Source: an uncultured Chloroflexia bacterium
GTDB lineage: Bacteria > Chloroflexota > Limnocylindria > Limnocylindrales > CSP1-4
Assembly: GCA_963734895.1 (NCBI GenBank)
Contig: CAVTIN010000005.1
Location: 279-64,278, forward strand
Reading direction: 5' to 3'
DNA length: 64,000 bases
Below the pieces are notes generated by a model. That model was not told the origin of the DNA and searched no databases. It saw only the letters and a list, made by a program, of their open reading frames with translations. How positions within the stretch are numbered: the stretch's first letter is position 1; each line of letters opens with the position of its first letter. Shown one piece after another: positions 57,155 to 64,000 of this stretch. Made by a program: the position numbers and the translations under genes.

Positions 57155-58731
57155 CCCGGGTCGGCGCCCGGCTCCGGCCGGTCGGGATCCGTCGGCGACC
57201 CAGCCACGGCCGTCGGCGAACCAGCGGCGCCCAGCTCGGGCGCGACCTCCGCCTTCTCGCGAGCACGACGCTCCTCCGCATCGACCTCGCTCGCGATCAT
57301 GACCGCGACCAGGTCGATCGCCGCTGGCGTCGTCGGCCCGGTCGCCATCGACCGTGCTTCGAGCAGATTGAGCGGACCGCGGGTGAGGATCGACAGCACG
57401 CCCGCCAAGCCGACGAACGCGGCGACGAGGAGCAGCACGATCGTGGTCCCGACGAGGTCGGACACGGGGCCCACCACGATGATGGGCGCAAAGCTCGCAA
57501 CCGACACGAGCATGTTGAGCACGCCGAACACGCGACCCCGCACGTCCTCGGGCAGCTCCTCCTGGAGCTGGGTCTGCGACGGGATTGCGACGAACCCGTA
57601 GGCCATCCCGGCGAGCAGCGCGATCGCAATGACGATCGCCAGCAACGAGGTCAGACCGGACAGGTCGTTGAGGCCCGTGGCCGCCTGCGCGCCCTGGAGG
57701 AAGCGCGAGATCGGGCCGGCGCCGGCGAGCGCGGCCAGCAGGACGCCCAGCGCCACCAGGCCGCCCTCGATGATCCTGCGGCGCGGCACCATGTGCCCGA
57801 ACGAGTTGAGGACCAGGATCCCGGTCACGATGCCGAACCCGAGCGGCAGCACGACCACCACGAAGTCCTTGGGCGCCAGACCCAGCGACGAGGTCGCGAA
57901 GTCGGTGCCCAGGACGCCCAGGACACCCACCAGCGATGCGGCGATGCCGAGGTAGAACAGCGACCAGGTGATGGTCGGGTTGGCCCGGATGAAGTCGATG
58001 CCCTCGCGCAGCTGCGCGATCGTGGATCCGACGGCCTCCTCGGCGTCGCCCATGACGCCGCGCATCGAATCCCCTTCGAGCGGCGTCGGCGGGGCGGACG
58101 GAAGGGTCCAGCAGAACCCGGCCGCGACCAGGTAGCACGCCGCGACGAGCAGGATCAGGGCCGGGGCGCCGGCGATCGTGACCACGATCGGCCCGAGCAG
58201 CGCGAACCCGATCGCGAACGCCCCGTTGAGGGTGAGCGTGAAGATGCCGTTGGCGGAGATGAGCTGCCGGCGGGGCACGAGGTGCGGGATCATCGCGGCC
58301 TCCGCGGGCCCGAAGAAGACCGTGATCGTCGAGACCGTGACGTTGAGCACCAGGATCACGGGCAGGTTGCTGCCGGCGAGGAAGGTCAGGACGAAGGCAC
58401 CCGCCCGCAACAGGTTGGTCACGACCAGGATCGTGCGCCGGTCGACCCGGTCGACGTAGACGCCGGCAAGCGCGGAGAACAGGACCGCCGGCACGAGGAA
58501 TGTGAGGATCAGGAGGCTGACCGCGGTCTTGGACGATGTCGACTCGAGGATGATGACGGTCAGGCCGTAGATGACCATGTTGCCGCCGACCTGCGTGAAC
58601 GCCTGGCTGAGCCAGAGCAGCAGGAACGGCCGGTTGCGGAAGACCTCGAGGCCGCTCGACGGCTGCTCGCCGTCGCCCCCCGCGGCCGCGTCGAGGGCCA
58701 GGGCGAGGGCCTCGGTGTCCTGGTCGCTCAC
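57151..58731 (-). CDS. MFS transporter
   Basis: About 12 TM helices. N-terminal RNRPFLLLWLSQAFTQVGGNM... and VDRVDRRTILV (MFS loop 2-3 motif). Confidence 0.88.
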   Translation of the reverse strand: MSDQDTEALALALDAAAGGDGEQPSSGLEVFRNRPFLLLWLSQAFTQVGGNMVIYGLTVIILESTSSKTAVSLLILTFLVPAVLFSALAGVYVDRVDRRTILVVTNLLRAGAFVLTFLAGSNLPVILVLNVTVSTITVFFGPAEAAMIPHLVPRRQLISANGIFTLTLNGAFAIGFALLGPIVVTIAGAPALILLVAACYLVAAGFCWTLPSAPPTPLEGDSMRGVMGDAEEAVGSTIAQLREGIDFIRANPTITWSLFYLGIAASLVGVLGVLGTDFATSSLGLAPKDFVVVVLPLGFGIVTGILVLNSFGHMVPRRRIIEGGLVALGVLLAALAGAGPISRFLQGAQAATGLNDLSGLTSLLAIVIAIALLAGMAYGFVAIPSQTQLQEELPEDVRGRVFGVLNMLVSVASFAPIIVVGPVSDLVGTTIVLLLVAAFVGLAGVLSILTRGPLNLLEARSMATGPTTPAAIDLVAVMIASEVDAEERRAREKAEVAPELGAAGSPTAVAGSPTDPDRPEPGADPG

Positions 58732-58967
58732 GTCCGCTGCGGACCGATCGCGGCGCTGATCCCGGGGTCTCCACGGCGGACAAACCCGGCGATCCTGCGC
58801 TCGAGCGCAGACCGCGCGATCAGCGCGTGACGGCTACAGGTCTCGCAACGGAGGCCGATGTCCGCCCCGAGCCGATCGATCAGCCACGTGTCACCACCGC
58901 ACGGGTGGCGCCGACGGAGCCTGACGACATCGCCCAGCAGGAGCTCGAGGACGGGACTTCCGGACAC
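58728..58967 (-). CDS. DUF951-family small protein
   Basis: LGDVVRLRRRHPCGGDTWLIDRLGADIGLRCETCSRHALIARSALERR (C..G...C..C pattern typical of DUF951). It overlaps the MFS start by 4 nt. Confidence 0.75.
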   Translation of the reverse strand: MSGSPVLELLLGDVVRLRRRHPCGGDTWLIDRLGADIGLRCETCSRHALIARSALERRIAGFVRRGDPGISAAIGPQRT

Positions 58968-59030
58968 CGGCCGAGGGTAGCAGAGGGCACCCGTGGAGAC
59001 GATGAAGCGGCCCGCGCGATGGCGCCGCGA

Positions 59031-59705
59031 TCAGAGGCGCGGCTTGCCCAGGACGGGAGCGAGGTCACGTTCGGTGCTTGCCAGCGTGACGCCATCGAGG
59101 GCGAACACGCTCACCGTTGTCTCCGGGAACCGCGCCGCCAGCTGGGCGATCGGGCCGCCTGCCCGGGTCAGCGAGCCGGTGAGCGTTTCGGGCTGGCCGA
59201 CGGCCAGGATTTCGAGCGGCTCGGTCGGTGACACGCCGTCCACCGTCAGCGCGTCTGCCGGACCGGTGGCCACGACGCCCGGCACATCGCGGATACCGCC
59301 GATGGAGATCCCCTCGGCCCCCGCGTTCCGGAGCTCGTTGATCAGCTGGCTTACGGCATCCCCGGCGATCGGACCCTCGACCAGGATCCGGACGCCGGGT
59401 CCGGTGATCGCGAGCACGCCGGACCAGCCCTGGATCCGGTTCAGGTCGGCCCGGATCTGGACAGCGGAGGTGTCGCCGCGGTCGATCGCTGCCGCCACGG
59501 AATCTCGCTGGCGCGCGAGCGTCGCCACCTCCTCCCGCAACTGATTGTTGCGGGTCGTGAGGTTCGCGACCAGCACGGTCAGGTCCTGGGCGGACAGGCC
59601 GGCAAGTCCGGGGTTGACCGTCTGCAGCCGCAGCTGGGCGACGACCAGGAAGCCCAGCAGCATCAGCACGAGGCTCACCGCGAGCCGGCCGGACGGTCGC
59701 CGCAT
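59031..59705 (-). CDS. DUF881-domain membrane-anchored protein (copy 1)
   Basis: ATG at 59705: MRRPSGRLAVSLVLMLLGFLVVAQLR..., coiled coil, ...ITGPGVRILVEG...LINELRNAGAEGISIGG.R. Confidence 0.85.
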   Translation of the reverse strand: MRRPSGRLAVSLVLMLLGFLVVAQLRLQTVNPGLAGLSAQDLTVLVANLTTRNNQLREEVATLARQRDSVAAAIDRGDTSAVQIRADLNRIQGWSGVLAITGPGVRILVEGPIAGDAVSQLINELRNAGAEGISIGGIRDVPGVVATGPADALTVDGVSPTEPLEILAVGQPETLTGSLTRAGGPIAQLAARFPETTVSVFALDGVTLASTERDLAPVLGKPRL

Positions 59706-60472
59706 CAGGGGGCCTCCGACGACGCCGGACTCGGGTTCGTTCGCCCGTACCGCAGGACGACCGATCCGGCGTAGGCGGGAAGGTCCACGGCCTCCGGGAC
59801 GGCGTACGACACGCCGATCCCGAACGTCTCGGACCTGGCCCGGATGAAGTCGACGAACCCGGCGGATCGGGTCAGGCGATCGAACATGTCGGCGGGTCCG
59901 ATCGCCGATATCTGGTACGGCGCGGCGATGTACGCCGAGTTGACCAGGACCGAGCCGCCGATATCGACGATCGCGGTGGCCACGGCAATTCGCTCCCCGT
60001 TGACCGCGATGCCCTCGGCGCCCGCAAGCCACAGCTCCTCGACGACGGTCAGGACGTCCTGACCGGATACGAGGTAGTCGCGCTGACTCCCATCGGGCGG
60101 CACGGCCGAATCGGAGTCGGACAGCTGGAGCACGATCCCGGGACCCGTCATCGCGACCAGTCCGGCGCCGATCCGGGCGCTCTCCAGTTCGCTGTTGAGC
60201 TGGCGCGTGATCGCGGCGCCACCCTGGCCCGCGGCTTCGAGGTCCTGGATCGCGCCACGCAGCTCGAGGATCTGCTGCTTGAGGCCATCCTGCTGCGCCT
60301 GGAGATCCCGGGCGGTCTCGACCAGCGGTGTCCGCTCCTGGCTCGTATAGCGGATCCGCGGGCCCTCCGAGGCGAGCTGCGCAGCGACGAGGAAGCCCAG
60401 GCCAAGCAGCGCAAAGCCCAGCGTGACCTGCCAGCTCGGGATGGCGCGAACCCGCGCGGCGAGGGCGCTCAT
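59705..60472 (-). CDS. DUF881-domain membrane-anchored protein (copy 2)
   Basis: ATG at 60472: ...VTLGFALLGLGFLVAAQL..., coiled coil, ...MTGPGIVLQLSD...VVEELWLAGAEGIAVNGERI. The stop overlaps the start of copy 1 by 1 nt (TGATG). Confidence 0.85.
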   Translation of the reverse strand: MSALAARVRAIPSWQVTLGFALLGLGFLVAAQLASEGPRIRYTSQERTPLVETARDLQAQQDGLKQQILELRGAIQDLEAAGQGGAAITRQLNSELESARIGAGLVAMTGPGIVLQLSDSDSAVPPDGSQRDYLVSGQDVLTVVEELWLAGAEGIAVNGERIAVATAIVDIGGSVLVNSAYIAAPYQISAIGPADMFDRLTRSAGFVDFIRARSETFGIGVSYAVPEAVDLPAYAGSVVLRYGRTNPSPASSEAP

Positions 60473-61827
60473 GTGGCTCGGGACCGGCGGCGCGCCAGCG
60501 CGAGGCCGAGGCCAACGGCCACGACCACGAGCGCGACCGCCAGGTACAGCTGACCGACGTCGCCGCCACCCTCCGACGATGACGTCCCGGGCGTCGGTGT
60601 GAGCGCAGGAGATGGCGCGCCGGGTATGGATACCTGGCCCGAGCCACCCCAATCGGCAGGCAGCGGACCGGCCGGCGCCGGCTGTGGCCCGTACCGCACC
60701 GGCACCTCGGCGCCAAGCTCGTTCAGCCAGCCCGATTCGAAGCCCGCCAGGTCCGTGCCGAGCGCGCGGGTGAATGCCTCGTCGTCGGTCAGCCCGTCCT
60801 TGTAGCCCAGAACGAGCCCGTACAGCGTGCTGGAACCGTCGGTCCGGACGAGATAGTCGATCGCGGACACGCTCTCGGCATAGGCGAGGTAGGTCTTGTC
60901 GACATCGGTCGGGAACTGGCCCCCGAGCGCGTCGAGCGGGATCAGGTCCTTCGACCGAACGGCGTTCCGGACCCGACCCTGGTCGGTCGAGGTGTTGCCC
61001 TCGGACAGGTAGACGGCGAGGCCCTCGTTGAGCCAGCGTGGCGGGAAGCGGTAGGGGTTGCGGACCGCGGTATCGAACACGAGGTGAACCAGCTCGTGCG
61101 GAATGACCACGCCGACCCACGAGTCGTTGATCGCATCCGGCGTGATCAGCGCGAACAACGTCCGGATGTCCGCGTGTGCCTGGCCCCCGACGTTCTCGCG
61201 GGTGCCCGGACCCAGCGCGGCGCGGAACGACGCGTCGTCACCGTAGATGAAGAAGTCGACCGGATCGCGCTCGGTCACGCCGAGCAGCGCGCTGGTGTCG
61301 CGGATCGCCTTCTCCCCGATCGCAAGCGCGCGCCTGGCGAAGGCATCGTCGCCGTCGTACCAGTGAACGGTCATCAGGTCGCCCTTGACCGACCTCCAGT
61401 CGTGCGTCGTGTCCGAGTACAGGACCGGGAGCTCCCGGCTGCTCACGGACGCGCCGCCACTGGTGAACGCCACCCACTGCTCCACGATCGTCGTGTTGGG
61501 CACGAGGTGGCCGTCCCCGGTCAGGTCGAGCGTGTAGCGCAGGGTCTGTGTGGCGCCGGCGGGTGCGGCAACATCGACGATGTACGGGCCCAGCGAGTCC
61601 GGGAAGGTCAGGTGCAGCTCGACGCGGTCGATCGCCTCGCCGGCGGTCACCGGGACGCTGAACTCGATCGATTCCCCGTACGTGACCGATGCTGACGGTG
61701 TCCCGAACGTGACGCCGGCCGCCGAAGCGGCCGGGGCCAGCGACGGGACCAGGACCGAGGCTCCAAAGAGCGCCGCAACGAGCGGGCGCAGCAGGCGGCC
61801 AATCCGCGACACGTGACGTCCGCTCAT
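60469..61827 (-). CDS. Secreted peptidase-MA-like zinc metalloprotease with C-terminal TM anchor
   Basis: Signal-like N-terminus (LVAALFGASVLVPSLAPAASA), HELVHL (HExxH) followed by WLNEGLAVY, Pro-rich linker and terminal hydrophobic helix plus RRRSR. Confidence 0.75.
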   Translation of the reverse strand: MSGRHVSRIGRLLRPLVAALFGASVLVPSLAPAASAAGVTFGTPSASVTYGESIEFSVPVTAGEAIDRVELHLTFPDSLGPYIVDVAAPAGATQTLRYTLDLTGDGHLVPNTTIVEQWVAFTSGGASVSSRELPVLYSDTTHDWRSVKGDLMTVHWYDGDDAFARRALAIGEKAIRDTSALLGVTERDPVDFFIYGDDASFRAALGPGTRENVGGQAHADIRTLFALITPDAINDSWVGVVIPHELVHLVFDTAVRNPYRFPPRWLNEGLAVYLSEGNTSTDQGRVRNAVRSKDLIPLDALGGQFPTDVDKTYLAYAESVSAIDYLVRTDGSSTLYGLVLGYKDGLTDDEAFTRALGTDLAGFESGWLNELGAEVPVRYGPQPAPAGPLPADWGGSGQVSIPGAPSPALTPTPGTSSSEGGGDVGQLYLAVALVVVAVGLGLALARRRSRAT

Positions 61828-63479
61828 TGCCCGGTGCCCCAGGCAAGCCCCGCGAGGCGCATGATCCCGAGCCCGTTCTGGCTGGCACCGAGCAGGCCGT
61901 CGCGGACGAGCGAGAAGGAGGTCCCGTAGCTGACGGGCACGATCGGCGCCTGGTCGCGGACGATGGCCATCGCCCGCGCGTAGGCCGCCGTGGCATCGGC
62001 CGCGGTTGCGGCAGCACCCGCGTCGGCGATCGCGGCATCGAAGTTCGAATTGGACCAGCGCCCCTCGTTGGCGGTCGAGCCCGTGCCCAGGAGGACGCCC
62101 AGGAAATCGTTGGGACCCGGGTAGTCGGCCACCCAGGACAGGTTCCAGATGTCCGGCGGATCCGTGGCCAGGCGATCGATGTAGGCACCGAAGTCCATCG
62201 TCGCGTAGTCGACGGTCACGCCCAGGTTGTCCCGGAGCATGGCCACGATACCCTCGTCGTAGCCGCCACCGCTGGAGATGAACGAGACGGCCGGAAAGCC
62301 CGCGGCCTCCGGGAATCCGGCCTGCGACAGCAGCGTCTTCGCACCCGCCGGGTCGTAGGCGGGCATGTAATCGCCACCCGGGGCGCCGGGCATGCCCGCG
62401 GGTACGATCCCCGTGGCAGGGATCGACGAGCCCACTTCGTCGAGATGCGCCAGGCGGCGCCAGTCGACCGCCTCGGCAAACGCCCGGCGCACGAGCGGAT
62501 CGTCGAACGGAGGCTGCCGGGTGTCGAACCCGTAGTAGGTGACCGAGAGCGAGGGATCGCTGCGCAGCGACGGCCCGAGGGCCCGGTCGTAGGCAATCCA
62601 GCCCGCATCGACGAAGCCGATCGGGGCAACGTCCACATCGCCCGCGACGAACGCGTCGACGGCACTCCGGCCGCTGATCGTCGTGACCATCCGTACCGTT
62701 TCGATGGCCGGCGTGCCCGCCCAGTAGTGCGGGTTGGCCTTGAGCACGAAGGCGTCGGGCTGGACGTCCGACAGGACGTATCCCCCACTGCCCACGAACG
62801 TTGCCGGCTCGGGCGCGATCTCGTTGCTGCCCACCGAGCGGGGCACGACCGCGAACGGCGCCCCCGACACGATGGCCGGGAGGTCGCCGCCGCCACGCTC
62901 CAGGTCCACCACCACGCGCCGATCGCCATCGGCCCGGACGCCCAGCGTCGCCGGATCGGTCGACCGTCCGCCCAGGAGGTCCCGGGCGCCGACAACATCG
63001 GCCGCGAGCGAGGCAAGAGGCGACGGATGCGCGGGATCGAACAGGCGACGCCAGGAGCGCACGACGTCATCGGCGGTGAGCGGACTCCCGTCGCTGAACG
63101 TCAGCCCCGGGCGAAGCGTGAACACGACCTGTCGCCCACCGTCCTCGACCGACCACGACTCGGCAAGCGCCGGCCGAACGGTCAGCGACGGGTCGACCGC
63201 GGTCAGGGTCTCGAACAGCTGGCTCACGAACGAGGCGCTGCCGAGGTCGCCGTGGTACGCAGGGTCGATCGATGCCGGGGCGCCGGCAAGGATGGTCACG
63301 GTCACCGGATCGGCGGCGGCGACCTGGTCCGATGCGGGCCGGCCCATCGGCCACAGCCGGACCAGCATCGCCAGCGCGACCAGCACCGCCACGACGGCGA
63401 TCAGAGCACGCCGGCGCCGCGAGGCCGGGCCTTCGGGGAGGTCCTCGTACGGCGGCAGGTTCAGGTCAGCTTCCACCAC
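61824..63479 (-). CDS. Family-5 (Opp/Dpp/Nik-type) solute-binding protein, N-terminal TM anchor, no adjacent permease or ATPase genes
   Basis: ASFVSQLFETLTAVDP...PALAESWSVEDGGRQVVFTLRPGLTFSDGSPLTADDVVRSW (cluster C SBP signature region). GTG start at 63479. The stop overlaps the peptidase start. Confidence 0.85.
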   Translation of the reverse strand: MVEADLNLPPYEDLPEGPASRRRRALIAVVAVLVALAMLVRLWPMGRPASDQVAAADPVTVTILAGAPASIDPAYHGDLGSASFVSQLFETLTAVDPSLTVRPALAESWSVEDGGRQVVFTLRPGLTFSDGSPLTADDVVRSWRRLFDPAHPSPLASLAADVVGARDLLGGRSTDPATLGVRADGDRRVVVDLERGGGDLPAIVSGAPFAVVPRSVGSNEIAPEPATFVGSGGYVLSDVQPDAFVLKANPHYWAGTPAIETVRMVTTISGRSAVDAFVAGDVDVAPIGFVDAGWIAYDRALGPSLRSDPSLSVTYYGFDTRQPPFDDPLVRRAFAEAVDWRRLAHLDEVGSSIPATGIVPAGMPGAPGGDYMPAYDPAGAKTLLSQAGFPEAAGFPAVSFISSGGGYDEGIVAMLRDNLGVTVDYATMDFGAYIDRLATDPPDIWNLSWVADYPGPNDFLGVLLGTGSTANEGRWSNSNFDAAIADAGAAATAADATAAYARAMAIVRDQAPIVPVSYGTSFSLVRDGLLGASQNGLGIMRLAGLAWGTGQ

Positions 63480-63769
63480 GAGCCCTCAGGAAGACCGGCA
63501 TCCGGCCCGCGTTGATCCAGGAGTCGCTCGATCGGGACCGGGATCCGCGGGCGTGCAGTCCAGGCATAGCTGTCACCGGAGAACCCGACGAGCATGGCCA
63601 CGATGCAGACCCAGCGACGCACGGCCGGAGTATAGGGGTGCAACCGCCGAGGACCCGTGCGGCGGACAGGAAATGAGGCCTCGCTGTGCCACACCGCCGG
63701 GGGAACGATGCAATCCGCGAGGCCTCTGTTCTCTAAACGAGCCTGACGCCATTTCGTTATGGGGATGCA

Positions 63770-64000
63770 ATGAAGAATCTCGCAGGCCGGCCAATCGCGC
63801 CGCCGCGCGTCCCTCCAGCCATGGCGCACGCGTCCGTCCCGCCGACCGACCCGGCCCGACGTTCACCCTGGCGCAACGAGGAGGTCACGGCGGGTCGCGA
63901 ACCGCTTGAGAACCCGGTAGTGGTTGCGTCTCGCCAGTCGATCCCCATCCGCGGCCACGACGCCCGGTTCACCCCCTGGCTCACCCCGCCGGACGGGAAG
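63770..64000 (+). CDS. Open reading frame running off the right edge (function unknown)
   Basis: ATG at 63770 with no stop to the end of the window: MKNLAGRPIAPPRVPPAMAHASVPPTDPARRSPWRNEEVTAGREPLENPVVVASRQSIPIRGHDARFTPWLTPPDGK. No recognisable motif. Coding status is uncertain. Confidence 0.25.
   Translation, partial: MKNLAGRPIAPPRVPPAMAHASVPPTDPARRSPWRNEEVTAGREPLENPVVVASRQSIPIRGHDARFTPWLTPPDGK

Noticed and set aside
38848-61120. N-terminal extensions in the ORF track for mutS2 (to 41406), mpg (to 42215), cvpA (to 42622), pheT (to 45697), thrS (to 50043), amidohydrolase (to 58783) and the two DUF881 genes (to 60716 / 61120)
   Set aside because: The extensions overlap the upstream genes and translate to non-protein-like sequence. 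Internal ATG/GTG starts coincide with conserved N-termini and with 1-4-nt stop/start overlaps.
63461-63622. 53-codon minus-strand ORF (VRRWVCIVAMLVGFSGDSYAWTARPRIP...) upstream of and overlapping the SBP gene
   Set aside because: It has no SD, a hydrophobic but motif-less product, and a 19-nt out-of-frame overlap with the SBP start. It could be real only if leaderless. The evidence is insufficient to list it as a feature.
63631-63726. Possible TPP riboswitch because of the AGGGGTGC start
   Set aside because: The CTGAGA and ACCC...GAACCTGATC...TAAT..C.GCG.AGGGA core elements are absent. I could not recognise any riboswitch class.

Overview
A 64-kb chromosomal segment of roughly 70% GC, densely packed with housekeeping genes, mostly on the minus strand. 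Gene order resembles Firmicutes/Chloroflexi-type genomes. From left to right it carries: hflX; miaB-miaA; PHP-ymdB-rny-recX-recA; tgt; ruvB, then ruvA-ruvC-yebC; an EF-G paralogue; a translationally coupled his operon (TrpR/YerC-like gene-hisG-D-C-B-H/F-IE, with hisA divergent); tyrS; a class A PBP; mutS2-mpg-cvpA-pheT-pheS-rplT-rpmI-infC-thrS with a T-box leader and tRNA-Val(GAC); RNA methyltransferases; and a 7-gene envelope/transport array. The only clearly accessory DNA is the left 6.3 kb. It holds decayed DUF4160 and zinc-ribbon ORFs and an MmeI-family type IIL R-M gene whose 3' third is riddled with frame breaks. These are followed by an intact, A/T-richer (about 52-58% GC on hand-counted lines) two-gene module, DUF262 (ParB/Srx-like) plus HEPN (Rx4H), and a convergent Imm-like helical protein. 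The DUF262-HEPN pair is my best candidate for an uncharacterised defence system. One caveat applies throughout. Frame breaks also hit hisC, a PilZ glycosyltransferase and the 3' end of essential tyrS, so local indel errors in the assembly are a serious alternative to true pseudogenisation. I saw no rRNA, CRISPR array, transposase or integrase. All family assignments come from motif recognition by eye, not from database searches.
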